64,000 bases of DNA from Eledone cirrhosa (Eukaryota), in the NCBI GenBank assembly GCA_964016885.1, contig OZ024741.1, forward strand, positions 16,058,001 to 16,122,000. The letters are read 5' to 3'. Positions 36,451-48,691 of this stretch are shown piece after piece (within the stretch, counting starts at the first letter, position 1; each line of letters begins with the position of its first letter). The notes under the pieces are model-generated. The model was not told where the DNA came from. It did not search any database and saw only the letters and a program-made list of their open reading frames with translations. Made by a program: the position numbers and the translations under genes.

Positions 36451-39400
36451 ACAGTTGCATTTATCTTGCTTTATGTTCATACGAGTTATCACCAAGTCAC
36501 AACCAGTGACCTCAAGAGACAACAAGGTCCGCCATGTTCAAGAAAGAACATACATACTCACACATGCATCTTTAGTGTTTAGACTTGTGATGTACTTATA
36601 TTGACAGAATCTTCCTTAGTATATGGGCAGTTCCCATTAGTACTATCTTTTGTATTTCTTCTATACGCGGGTTTCCTGGGATTTGCGATAAGTAATCATT
36701 AGACCCCTTAGGTATCATTCCCAGAGCGCCTACAACCACTGGTATTGTTTTAGTTCTCAATTTCCACATTTTTCCAATTTCTATCTCCAGGTCCTTATAC
36801 TTGCTCAATTTTTCAAATGTTTGTATAGATACATCCTTGTCTATTGGAACAGACATATCAATTAGCAGGCATACCCTCTTTTTAAAGTCCTTCAATATTA
36901 TATCAGGTCTATTTGCATCTATTTTTCGGTCTGTTTGGATGCTAAAGTTCCACAAGATTGAGATATGATCTTTTTCAAGTATGGGAGGTGGTTGATGCTC
37001 CCACCAATTCTTTTGATGGGGCAGGTCAAAATGCTTACACATTATCCAATGTATGTATTGTGCAGCTCTGTCATGCCTGTTTAGGTATTCGGTTGGAGCT
37101 ATAGGACTGCACATTGAAATTATATGGTCAATGGTCTCTGGTTGTTTTTTGCATACACGGCATAATGGGCTGCATCCATTTTTTATTATGTTGGCTTGGT
37201 AATTTTTTGTTGGCAGACACTGATCTTGTGCTGATATAATCAGTCCTTCAGTCTCAGATTTCAGTCCAGAGGATGCCAACCACTGATGGGTTAAAGTTTT
37301 GTCAACATCAGGATTGTTATCTCGCTCTGGGTATTTTCCAAACAGAGGCTTTTCTTGCCATTTCTTAGCCAGTTTCTGTAGCAGTTCTTTCTTTGCAGTT
37401 ACTTTTACCTGCTTTGCTTTTTCTGTGTTTTCCATTTCAGCAGTAAATGGGACTTCTGAAATTTGTAGTCCATTACTGTATCTTTGTGCATCTTTTGTAA
37501 TGGAATATGATCTTTTGATGCTTTCGTGTTTCAAAACGAGTTTGATCATCCAATCATGTGATTCCCTTAGATATGTAGATAATCCAATTGTTGCAGTTTT
37601 CAACGCAATGTCTAACTGGATTAACCCACGTCCTCCTTCTTTCCTAGGGAGATATATTCTATCTATATCTGCCTTAGGGTGATGCATTCTGTGCATGGTT
37701 AAGAATTTTCGAATTTTTGTATCGAGCCTACGGATCTCTGTGCTTGACCAGTTGATGACATTGTAACTGTAGGTTACTACTGGTATGGCAAGCGTGTTTA
37801 TGGCATCGATCCTATTCCTTGCATTCAATTCCGTTCTTAAGATTGCTCTTACTCTGCGGTAACATTCCTTCCTTATCCTTTCCCTCATTGTCGAGTGCTT
37901 GATTCCGTCTCCTTCACAAACACCTAGATATTTGTAAGTTTTTTCTTGATCAAGTTCTCTTATCAATGCTTTGGCGCATTTATCTAGTCCAAACTCCATT
38001 TTAATGTCATCACTGAACTGCTCCACAGTGGATAATAGCCCTTGCAATTGTTCATCATTTTTTGCAAATAGTTTCAGGTCATCCATGTAGAACAGGTGAT
38101 TAATGGTTTTGTCATAGACTTTATATCCATGTTTTGTTTCATTGAGCATTTTACTTAATGGTATAAGTGCGATGCAGAATAAAAGCGGTGATAAAGAGTC
38201 ACCCTGAAAAATTCCACAATTAATATTAACTTCTCCAGCTTCCAGTGATTTTGTTTCACTATTCAAAAGGAGTGTCGTTTTCCATGTCTTCATACTGAAT
38301 AACAAAAACCTCCTGACAACGGGGGATATTTTGAAAATCTCTAAACATTTTTCAATCCAACTGTGTGGCAAACTATCGAATGCTTTTTTATAATCTATCC
38401 AAGCAATCGATAGATTTTTGTGTCTATTATGACAATCTTCCAGTATCATTTTGTTAACCAGAAGCTGATCCTTACAGCCATATGAGCCTCGTTTACACCC
38501 TTTCTGCTCAATGGGAAATAGGTCATTTGTTATCAGGTGGTCATATGTGTATTCAGTTAGGACTGATATTAACATTTTATACATTGTGGTCAAGCAAGTT
38601 ATCGGTCTGTAATTTTTGGGATTGTTTGTCTCATCATTCTTCGGAAGCAGGAATGTAATGCCGTTAACTAGCCATGATGGTATCTTTTCTGGCTCCTTAA
38701 CTATTTCATTGTAAAGTTGGGCTAACAGCTCATGAGACTCTGTGAAGGCATTTATCCAAAACATTTGTATTTTGTCTTTTCCTGGGGATTTCCATTTGCT
38801 GGTTTTTCTTAGAGCCAAACGCAACTGTTCAACTGTTATATTTTCCCATATTTGTTCCTCAAGGTGAGCTGTATCTTTCATTTGTCTGTCTATCCATGGG
38901 GCATGTATGTTATGAACTTTTTCTTCGGCCCAGATCTTTTCCCAGAATTCATGCACTTCCTCCTTGGGTGGTATTGATTTAGCAGTTATTGTTGACTTAC
39001 CAATTTTTCTGTAGAAGTTTCTTTGGTTGTTTTTGAACATATTATTGTCCTTATAGAATCTAGATCGTTTTTCAAAGCGCCTTATACGAGCAGCTTTGGC
39101 CGACACTTTTTGCTTGATTATTTCTATCAGCATGTCTATGTCACATGTTGATTTTATACTGTACTTTTTTTTCAATTTTCTAAGTTTAGTTTGTTTAACA
39201 TGTTCACCTACTTTATAGTTTGTTAAAATTTATATGTCAGATCGGAGAAGGTTTATTTGGCGATTGATGTTCTCTTGCCAAGTAGATTTCTTGTGGGAAT
39301 TCCTTTGTTTTTTCATCTTCACTCCACATAAGTGAGTGGTGACTTTAGCCGATGCATAATATATATGATTTAAATCAGTAATGTTTAGTTTGTTTGTGAT

Positions 39401-41287
39401 GATAATGTTTTTGAGAATTATGTTAGTCTTGTGTATTATCATTTGGTTCTGTTTGGAGTTCTGGATCTTAGGGAGGGTGTCTCGTTGCCCCATGTCAGAT
39501 TCTTTCATTTTCATCCATTCGATCATAATTTCATCCTTCAAGTTGGCAAGTTCATTCTCATTCATTTCTTTATCATTTACGATCTCATTATTTTCATTTG
39601 GAGTTTCATCCTGAGCATGCACTCCCTCCACTTTTTCGATCCTTTCTTTAATTTGTTCTGTTGCCAGTGATTCCGCCCCAACCCTGGGATTCGAAGTGTT
39701 ACAGTTTACCTCGTTTTCACTGACACATGTTTCCTTTTCCCTTCGCTGACTTTGTGCTGATAGCTTGATCTGATCAATTTCTATATCAGTTAGTAACTTT
39801 TTTCTTAATATTTCTTCGTATATTGGCTAGTTTGTTACTGTCAATATAGCCTCTGTTTTCGGGATGTTTCTTTTTCCAGTTGATATATGTCTGTTCTGTA
39901 TTCGATGTATTTGATGGGTAGTACATGGCAGTGTAGAAAGCCTCAAGGACTTCTTTATTATCTTCCCTTGACCATTTTTCTCTCTTTTTCTTTGGATTTC
40001 TTGGTGGTGAGCATGGAGGGCCAACAGTAGGAGTATTCCGGTTATGGGAGGTCTCCAGCTCCGAAGTGATGGGAAGGTTTGAACCATTAGCTGATTTTTC
40101 GACCCCAGTCTGGTTCCTCTCTGAGGGACGCGGCCCTTTTTTACCCGGGTGACGGCCGATCCGGTATGAGATTTTATCATTAGACATTTACTTTATTTTG
40201 TCGCGTTTTATCCTTATCCGCCAAGGGGTAATCATTTCGTGTTACCACTTCTAGAACGAGTGTCAACCAAGACTAGAGGGGTCGTTCTCCCCTAGAGACA
40301 CGGCTATTCCCCGCCGGCCGCCATCCCGGTATTTCTTGGTCACGGGGTTTTCTTTTTGTTGTTTTTTTAAATTGTTATTATCATGAGTGGTTCCTTAATG
40401 TGAGCATTGCGTTGTTTAAGAATGAAATTATTAATAATTGTCTCCACTCCAGGCACAAGGCCAGCAATCACCCAGTGCATTACAATAATATAATATACTT
40501 TTTGTTGTAGTTGGCTGTTATTGTTGTTGGCTATGTCGGTGGTGGTGCCGGGGCTTTTTATATTGTTGGTGAGGAAGGGGTGAGCCAGCAGTCCCATAGT
40601 TGTTGATGTTGACGTTTGGCCGGTGGCCAGGTCACTAAGTCAATCTATTTATATCTTTTGCTAGCCTCTCCCTTGTCTAGTGATACCGCCACCTTCCCCT
40701 TTCTCTCTCAAGTTAACAGGGGAATAGTGGTGGTAGCAATCAAGGAGTGGTGGCGGCGGCGATGGGATAGTGGTAGCAATGATGGATGGGGTATCTATGA
40801 GTTTGTGTTCGTATGTTTAATATATATTGTGTTGACATATTCCCGTAAAATTGGAATTAAACATTTTGTTAAAATTTGAGACAATAATAATAGTAATTAT
40901 TATTATGATGCTGGGATTGATGGTGGTGGTGGTGAAATTGCCGTTATCTGGCTGTTATATTTAGTGTGATGGGATAGGTGGTGTATCAAGTTTCTGGTGT
41001 TGGTGAAATTGCTGTTATTTGGCTGTTCTATATAGTGTAGACAGAGGGTGTTTTCTTCCATTTATAACCATTTTCTTTTTTTGAATACAAAATATATAAT
41101 ACAAAATTGAATATTTGAGCGATATAACAATATAATATGGATCCGAAATTTTATGGGACTTCATTCGGTGGTTTATGCAACATTTGTACTAAGAATTGTT
41201 ATTTCACAATTGATTTAAATATGTTAAAAATCAAAAACTTACGGGAGCGATTTCATGACCTTCTACCACCTCGTGCGTCTTCTTCCC
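36451..41287 (-). mobile_element. R4/Dong-like non-LTR retrotransposon (RLE type), probably full length; 5' boundary uncertain between ~40350 and 41287
   Basis: RT followed by CCHC and PD-(D/E)xK nuclease; 3' end abuts (TAA)n at 36439-36450; the next (TAA)n tract is at 41288. Confidence 0.82.
36596..40187 (-). pseudogene. R4/Dong-like polyprotein (RT, CCHC, restriction-like endonuclease), N-terminal part broken into several frames
   Basis: Motifs WKSPGKD, NYRPITCL, IDYKKAFDS, GIFQGDSLSP, YMDD, YKYLG, CRVC..ETIDHIISMC, RHD, RPDII, KLSKYKDL; upstream pieces 39230-39631 and 39786-40187. Confidence 0.9.
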
Positions 41288-41319
41288 TTATTATTATTAT
41301 TATTATTATTATTGTTATT
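41288..41319. repeat. (ATT)n/(TTA)n tract between the two R4-like elements
   Basis: Directly visible, with one GTT variant. Confidence 0.9.
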
Positions 41320-42558
41320 CCTTGAATCTCAGTCATTGATGTTGGTTAACTGGAAAGTCCGTTGGATTGAATATCAAGCCACTACCTGCAGCCTCAGATA
41401 TTCAGGACGTATCGGAGGGTTCTTGCTGTTCCAAGCAAGCATGCCTTTTGAAGCGTTCCAAAAAGCGTGAAGGGGCCGATTTTCTTTAACCATCCCTGGA
41501 AACCTTTGGAGATAGTCCCCAGTGCGCCTATGACAATCGGGATCACTTTGACTTCATGGCAGTTCCAAATCCTTTTCACCTCCCACTTTAGGTCCTGGTA
41601 TCGGTTAATTTTCTCCCTCTCCTTCTCTTGCACTCTCGTGTCGAACGGGCAGGCCACATCCACAATCAGGCACGATCTTTTTTCTTTGTCCACAACCACC
41701 AGGTCAGGTCTATTGTGTTCCAGTTTTTTGTCCGTCTGTATCCTAAAATCCCACAGCACCTTCACCTGACTGTTCTCCATCACCGCCTCTGGCCTATGCT
41801 CATACCATTTCTCATAATGTGGTAGATTGTTTACTTTGCACAGGTGCCAGTGGATCACCCTGCCCATCACATCGTGTCTCCAGCCCTTATAGTGGGTCTG
41901 GGCTAGGTGTTTACACTCGGACACAATGTGAGCCACAGTCTCCTCTCTCTCTCCACAGATCCTGCACAGTGGGCTAGCCTCCTCCTTGTAGATATGGTGC
42001 TTCAACCACTTCGTTTTGAGGGCCTGCTCCTGCGCAGCCATTAGCATTCCTTCTGTAGCCTTTTTGAGGTCTCCTCTTCTCAACCAGTTCCATGTCTGTG
42101 GATCTCTAAATTCAGTTTTCTCAAAGAAGGTACTATGAAGGGATTTTCCCTTAAGGCTGCTCTTCCTCCTTGATGTTATTTCCTCCTTGGACATCCCCTG
42201 GCCTACTGTCCCCTCCTTCAGTACAGTTCTGAGCATTGGCTCCTTACTATAGGTCACGTATTTGTATAGGTTGTTTTTCTCCATCTGAACACAGTCCTCT
42301 ATGCTGATAAGACCTCTTCCACCCTCAGATCTCCTTAGGTAGAGTCTATCGACATCGCTCCTCTTGTGGAACATGTTGTAGATAGTCAATAGCTTCCTAG
42401 TCTTCCTATCCATTTCTTTTTGTTCAGCAACATTCCATCTCAGAATTCCCGCACTGTACCTAATAATAGACACAGCTCGGGAATTTACTGCGCTTATGGC
42501 ATTTCTGCTGTTCAGATGTGACTTCAATACGCTCCTTACTCTCCGAATGAACTGAATA

Positions 42559-42559
<1 letters not shown>
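41320..42559 (-). mobile_element. 5'-truncated R4/Dong-like element of a second, divergent family
   Basis: Encodes only the post-RT region, CCHC and RLE; short 3'UTR; (TAA)n on both sides. Confidence 0.9.
41394..42550 (-). pseudogene. C-terminal fragment of R4/Dong-like ORF (thumb, CCHC, RLE)
   Basis: RLYLRRSEGGRGL, CRICGEREETVAHIVSEC, RHD, RPDLVV, DVACPFD, KINRYQDL. Confidence 0.9.

Positions 42560-42592
<33 letters not shown>
42560..42592. repeat. (ATT)11 between the R4 fragment and Tx1 copy 3
   Basis: Directly visible. Confidence 0.95.
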
Positions 42593-42808
42593 GAATGCCA
42601 TGGTTGACGGAGGCTCGGCTCTGTAAGGTATAGTAATTTTTAACCGTTAAAACAATTGTAAATTGTTTAAAACTTGAACCAAATTGTTGATAAAGACACC
42701 CTCCTCCTCGTGAGAGGGGTCTTTCTGTCCGTTATTTGGCCCTTCGGGGTTAAATAACCAGTTATTGGGGTTTTGTACCCAAAATTTCATTTTAAACAAA
42801 AAAACAAC

Positions 42809-44907
42809 ATGGCTACGAAAAAGAAATTTCATACGTCACTCCCACTCATTCCGTCTTCTTCTTCCTCAATCATCACTACAGCAGAGAGAAGATTGTCTCT
42901 CTCCCTCCCTTCTTTAAATGTGTCTCTCTCCCTCCCTTCTCTTTCGCAAGTGACGAAAGAAAAGAAAAGTCTCGTGCAAAGCGTGCAAAGTTTCTCCACG
43001 ACGACGACGACAGCGACGAAACAGGTGTGCGGGAAATACGAAAACCCAGTTCATTCGTCTGACGTCAGGAATAATAGCAGTAGCAGCCGTAATAACAACA
43101 GCAACAGTGACAATGAAAACAACAGTAGCAGCCGCAACAGCATCACCAGCAGCATAAACAACAACAGCATTAGCAGCAGCAACACCAACAACAACCACAG
43201 CAACAGCGGCGGAGACAGTAGTCGTAGTACCTGCAGCAACAACAAAAGTACCAGCAGCTCTGACGACAACAACAACAGCAGAGAAAAACCAATCTCATTT
43301 GCAGGTATTGCGAAAAACTTGGAAACAATCCTCATAACAAATGAGGAATTAGAGGAAGCGAAGAAGATGGTTACAAAGAACGGACACCGAGCAATCTGCA
43401 AGGCAGCGGAAAAATTTTTCGAAACCCAAGAGCACTGTACGGTCACGTACCGTACAGTAAGTACAAAATCCCGTAGGGTGGAAAAAGCCACAGAGGCCCA
43501 AATACAAAAAGCCTTGGGGTCTGTGTGGCAGCGGAAAACGCACATCACCCGAGGCAAAAAATATGCCACCGTAGACGTACTTTTTGCCACACCCCAGGAG
43601 GCAAAGGCCCAATCAGTAATGACCCTAAGGAGCGAGGAAATGGTGTTGGTGCCCTCCTACTGTGGGCAAAAAATTGTGAGGGTCAAACTGACCCACGTCC
43701 CCCCCCGGAATGACCCCTTCTTGGCTGGCCGCGTCTGTCCTCGTCGGAATCGAGGACAAAACAACTGTACTGCAAGTACAGAAAAAAGTAAGAGAAGATT
43801 GGGTCGGCTCCTCCATTGAGATGCTAATCCAAACCAACCAGGAGTGCATCGAAGCTATCCCGGATGTGATAGACTTCGATAACGGCACTCAACTGCCCAT
43901 AAGTGTTGAGGGCAAACGCCCGAAATGCTTTCGCTGTGGATCGAAGACTCACCTCAGGGCCTTCTGCAACGAGAAGACCCTGAGAAAGGAGAAAACCCCC
44001 CTCCTTCCGAATCCGGCTCCACGGCTACCAGCAACAGGACAAGCGGCAACCAGGAACGATAGGCCCGTGGCACCCATACCCACTCCACGGAAATCAAAAA
44101 CAGCAGCAGCCGTGGAAAATATTAACAACAACAACAGCAATACCAAATGCAGCTGCAACAGAGACTCCAGTGCAAACATCACCAACAACAACAAGTGAAA
44201 GAGTGGAGCTGGTACCCCTCCCCGACCTCACAGAATCAGACATGGAGTGTGAGGTGGGAGAGGGATGGCAAAAGGTCGTAAGAAGGCACAAACGCAGAAG
44301 CAGCGCATCGTCGCCTTTGAAAAGGGAGGAAAGAAATGAGAAAAGGGTAAAGTCTACTGCAAAGAGACCCACAGCAGCAACAACACCAACACCATCACCA
44401 CCCACACTAGCACCACCATCACCACCGGCGACAACCCCACCGCCAACAACACCTTCAACACCACCACCACAAGCACCAACATCGCAAACACAACAACAAA
44501 ACACACACACCCAGCAACAACGACAAGAAAATAGCAGAACCACACCCCACCCCCAGAAAAACAAATGCACGGCAATAAATACACACAACAAGAAACTAAT
44601 GACTTACATAATTGAACACACAGACATTTCACAACAGGACTACATAATACCAGCACCAATCAAAACGCCAACTAACATAAGACTGCTAAAAATAGCACAG
44701 AAACAATACACAAACATTAAAACGAAATTCCCCAACGCAGTTGGTGATTTCAGGGACCTAGGAGGAACCATCAATCGAAGAGTATACTCAGACATTCTCT
44801 TAGAAGAGCCGACGACCAGCCGAAGGGACGATTCAACGGTCCCTTCACCAGACGATCAAGTGAAAAGGGATGTAAAAACCATCCCTCCTCTACCAAAAGT
44901 ACGGTAA
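42809..44907 (+). pseudogene. Tx1-like ORF1 with two frameshifts at or near homopolymers
   Basis: Pieces 42773-43819, 43710-44198 and 44170-44907 reconstruct the copy 2 ORF1; shifts at poly-C ~43700 and near 44120. Confidence 0.85.
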
Positions 44908-44942
44908 GTGGTCTTTCCCATCTTTTCCACTCTATTTTAAAC

Positions 44943-47900
44943 ATGACCTCACTCAGAATAGGCAGCATAAATGCGCGTGGCTTGGGGTCGTCATGGAAGC
45001 AGGGTCACCTGCTCAACGACCTCAGGTCACTAAACATAGATGTAGTGGCCATCAGCGAGACCAGAATCTCCGAAGCACGGGCCTTCGTACCGATCTTCGG
45101 CGGCTACGATGTGTACGCATCTCCCAGCCGTCCTGGATCGGGTGGAGGAGTTGCTGTGCTTTTTCGGAGAGGTTTGGATCTCGCCATACGGGCCATCTTC
45201 CTGGACCCAGAGGGTAAGCTGGTGGTGCTGGACGTGACCAGCGGAGACGGGCAAGCTTTCAGGCTAGTGGCCGTCTATGCCCCGACAGGAGCAGGGCGGC
45301 CTGATTTCTTCCGGCGTCTGGAGACCTTTCTTGGAACGTCCCGCTCTTTAGTGTTAGTGGGCGACTGGAACGGGATCTTAGATGCACGCTGGGACTGTGT
45401 GGGATTAGCGGATAGGGGTGGAGGGTGCAAGATCCTCACCAACCTGCTCAGGCGTTTTGAACTGTCTGACAGGTACCGATTGGATTTCCCGAATGTGCCA
45501 ATGTGGACTTGGACAAACCGCATAGGGTCATCCAGATCATATCTAGATAGAGTATTTTGTAGGGAAATAGATAGGTCTAGCATAGGCTGTCCACAATTCA
45601 AGATAGTCAGCTACACGGACCACAAATTCGTGACCTGTGTGCTTGACTTAGATAGGCTTCATAGACGAGGACCCGGCTACTGGAAGCTAAACGCGTCCTT
45701 ACCAGCGCGCAAGGCCTACAGAGACCGGATTAGCGAACTAGTTAAGCGGGCGTTGACGGGGGCCATCGTCAACAACAAGTGGTGGTTTGCTCTGAAAAGA
45801 GCGATTAGAATAGAATCGATTAGGTTTAGTAAGGCTTTAGCAATAGAGAAAAATAGAGCAGAGGGAGAACTAGTTAGAAAATTAGACGAGGCGCTTAGCA
45901 AAGGCATTGCGACCGACGTGCTTGCGGCGAAATTGGCCCTTGACCAATTCTTCAATGCAAAGCACGAAGGCTGCGTTGTCAGAGCTAGGGTGCGTGCTCT
46001 CAGACACGAGGGGACGAAAGCCGTTCAATGGGCCCGAGTGGCGGAGGCGCGTCGTGGCAACAAAGCCACGATCCGGTCTTTGGTGGACCACGACGGGCGC
46101 ATGCTACTCGATCCCGGGAAAATGTGTGAAGCTTTTCAGCGACACTTCGCTCAGCTGTTCGGGGGCAGCGGGGGGCCGGGTAGAGGGATGGACTTTAGTG
46201 TCTACCTCGACGGACTGCCGCGGCTCTCGGCCACTGAGGCGAAGTGTTGCGAAAAGCCGATAACAGCCGCTGAAGTAAGGGAGGCAATGACTGGCTGCAC
46301 AAGGGGTAAATCGCCTGGTTTGGATGGTCTGCCCTATGAACTTTACGTACAGATGCCAGACTTGTTCGGAGGCCTCTTGGCGGACGTCTACTGCAACTGG
46401 CAACAGAACGGGAGAATTCCCAGTTCTGTGAGCCGAGGAGCGGTGGCACTGCTGAGAAAGGATCCGAACAAGGGGGATAACATAGACAATTTCCGGCCCA
46501 TAACTCTGCTAGACACAGAGTTCAAGATTTTGGCCAAGGTGCTAGCAAAGAGGTTGGCGCTTGTCGTTGGTGGTCTGGTGGGAGAGGCGCAGACATGCGC
46601 CATTCCCGACAGATCCATCCACGACAACCTCCACCTCATGCGATACATCATAGAGAGGGTAGCTAAGGAACCTGGCACGGGTGGGTCCTTGATCAATTTA
46701 GATCAGTCGAAAGCTTTCGATAGGGTCGACCATCGTTACCTAGCGGCAGTCCTGAGGGCGGCTGGCTTTGGGCCCGTCTTCAGAGGCTGGATCGCTGCCA
46801 TGCACAGCGACATCTGCTCTGTGGTGAGAGTGAACGGTCACCTGTCGGAACCGTTCAACATCATGCGCTCGGTCCGCCAAGGATGTCCCCTCTCGTCCCT
46901 CTTGTACGTATTGACTCTCGAGCCATTACTGCACAAACTGGAGACGTTGAGGGGAGTCCCGCGCGAACTAGGATGCGGAAGATCCGTGTCAGCATATGCG
47001 GACGATGTCACCGTAGTGGTGTCGAACGCCAAACACATCGAGGCGATCGGCACTACACTAAGAGAATACGAAGCGGTGACAGGAGCAATGATCAACCAGG
47101 AAAAGTCGGTGGGCCTGCAGCTCGGCACCTGGAGAGGCAGGTCCATGCCGTCCAACAGCGTCGTCGGGCGCTGGACAGACGGACCGGTTAAATTGCTAGG
47201 GGTCTGGTTCGGTCCGGACCTCCAGACGGACAAAAACTGGGACGAGGTGACGAGCAGGGTGGCTTCTCTCACCCAGAAATGGGCCGAGAGGAAGCTATCC
47301 CTGAAAGGTCGAGCGGAGGTGGCTAACGCGTACATCGCGTCTGTCATCTGCTACCGCCTAACCGTCGTACCTTGTCCTAAGCCTCGCCTGACTGCGCTGG
47401 AGCGTTTGCTCTTTCGCTTTTTGTGGAAGGGACGTGCTCCGATGGTCAGGCGGTCCATCTGTTGTCAACACCCGCTACGTGGAGGGCTGGGCATGCCGTG
47501 GCTGATGATGCGCAGGCACGCGCTCAGGCAACGACATCTCCACCTCTTCCTCGACGGTGATCAGGTGTGGTCGCCGTTTGCTAGACGCGTTTTTCCCCAG
47601 CTCGTTTCCTTGACGGAGCTGCAGTCCTGGGTCAAGCGAAGACCGAGAGGGAGCGCCTGGAGACTGGAATGTTTTCAGGCGCTCACAGCCCTCGACCAAT
47701 CGGGCAATGTGATCGGTGGAAACTCCACCTCGGCGTTCTATAGAGGATTAGTGGAGGGGAAGAGCGACGACGTACTTGGGGAAACTCTAGGCGTCGACGA
47801 AAATCAACTAGCCAATCTCTTCGGAAGAACTTTCGGGCCAGGGCCTATGGACAACTTCCAGAAATCTCTGGCCTGGCAGTGCTACCGAGGAGCCTTGCCA

Positions 47901-48362
47901 GTTCGGGATAAACTCTACAGGCATGGAGGTGTCGTCAGCCGGGAATGTCCGAGATGCGCGCAGGGCGACGAAACCGTCCTGCACGCACTCGTCCAGTGTC
48001 CGAAAATTGCTGACTTGTGGGTTTATGTCGAACACCTGCTGTCGCGTTTAGGACGGATCCAGCTATCATCTGAGTCCATCGTGAGGATTGCCCCGCCCTC
48101 CTCCTTTAGCCGGGATGGGCAGGCAGTTTTTATCTGTCTGGTGGCCATGGCGAAAGAGATAGTATGGTGGACATGTTTGAAAGGGCTGAAGACGAGCACT
48201 TACCTCTTCGGTGATGCTCTGATTGACTTTTTCAAATTTCATTTGAAAAGGAAAATCAGAGTAGAGAAGGAAGTGCTCTCTTCCCAGCATTTTGTTGAAA
48301 GATGGGTGAGAGAAGCAAGAATGGCCCGAGTGAATGGGCCGACTCTGAGTATATATCTGTAA
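44943..48362 (+). CDS. Intact Tx1-like ORF2, 1139 aa: APE endonuclease, reverse transcriptase, CCHC
   Basis: Uninterrupted frame with all APE and RT motifs (GDWN, TDHK, QGCPLS, YADD). Confidence 0.96.
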   Translation: MTSLRIGSINARGLGSSWKQGHLLNDLRSLNIDVVAISETRISEARAFVPIFGGYDVYASPSRPGSGGGVAVLFRRGLDLAIRAIFLDPEGKLVVLDVTSGDGQAFRLVAVYAPTGAGRPDFFRRLETFLGTSRSLVLVGDWNGILDARWDCVGLADRGGGCKILTNLLRRFELSDRYRLDFPNVPMWTWTNRIGSSRSYLDRVFCREIDRSSIGCPQFKIVSYTDHKFVTCVLDLDRLHRRGPGYWKLNASLPARKAYRDRISELVKRALTGAIVNNKWWFALKRAIRIESIRFSKALAIEKNRAEGELVRKLDEALSKGIATDVLAAKLALDQFFNAKHEGCVVRARVRALRHEGTKAVQWARVAEARRGNKATIRSLVDHDGRMLLDPGKMCEAFQRHFAQLFGGSGGPGRGMDFSVYLDGLPRLSATEAKCCEKPITAAEVREAMTGCTRGKSPGLDGLPYELYVQMPDLFGGLLADVYCNWQQNGRIPSSVSRGAVALLRKDPNKGDNIDNFRPITLLDTEFKILAKVLAKRLALVVGGLVGEAQTCAIPDRSIHDNLHLMRYIIERVAKEPGTGGSLINLDQSKAFDRVDHRYLAAVLRAAGFGPVFRGWIAAMHSDICSVVRVNGHLSEPFNIMRSVRQGCPLSSLLYVLTLEPLLHKLETLRGVPRELGCGRSVSAYADDVTVVVSNAKHIEAIGTTLREYEAVTGAMINQEKSVGLQLGTWRGRSMPSNSVVGRWTDGPVKLLGVWFGPDLQTDKNWDEVTSRVASLTQKWAERKLSLKGRAEVANAYIASVICYRLTVVPCPKPRLTALERLLFRFLWKGRAPMVRRSICCQHPLRGGLGMPWLMMRRHALRQRHLHLFLDGDQVWSPFARRVFPQLVSLTELQSWVKRRPRGSAWRLECFQALTALDQSGNVIGGNSTSAFYRGLVEGKSDDVLGETLGVDENQLANLFGRTFGPGPMDNFQKSLAWQCYRGALPVRDKLYRHGGVVSRECPRCAQGDETVLHALVQCPKIADLWVYVEHLLSRLGRIQLSSESIVRIAPPSSFSRDGQAVFICLVAMAKEIVWWTCLKGLKTSTYLFGDALIDFFKFHLKRKIRVEKEVLSSQHFVERWVREARMARVNGPTLSIYL

Positions 48363-48622
48363 ACTAAAGGTGGAAAACTGGGAGAGGGCACTTGCCTTGG
48401 TGGTCAGGGTCATTGTGGCTTTTTACTGGGCTTTCTCCACAAATGTCCCTCCGAAGTCTCCCCCCTATTGGGGAATTTTTCATTGTTATTTTCATTGTTA
48501 TTTTTGTTACATCCTCTGTTTTTGTTTTTTTACACGCAGAAATGCCCATTTGTACCGTCCTGCATTGTCCTGCACTGTCCTTAATGTCTACTTTATGTAA
48601 ACCCTTGTGGTTAATAAAGAAA

Positions 48623-48624
<2 letters not shown>

Positions 48625-48690
<66 letters not shown>
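48625..48690. repeat. (ATT)22, right boundary of the retrotransposon stack
   Basis: Directly visible. Confidence 0.95.

Positions 48691-48691
<1 letters not shown>

Larger units (their letters stand above)
42593..48624 (+). mobile_element. L1/Tx1-clade element, family A copy 3 (ORF1 type 2), full length with intact ORF2
   Basis: Colinear with copy 2 from first to last base; flanked by (ATT)n. Confidence 0.94.

Noticed and set aside
26798-48413. Antisense and alternate-frame ORFs recurring within ORF2 copies
   Set aside because: They recur only because the copies are nearly identical; short shadow frames with no motifs
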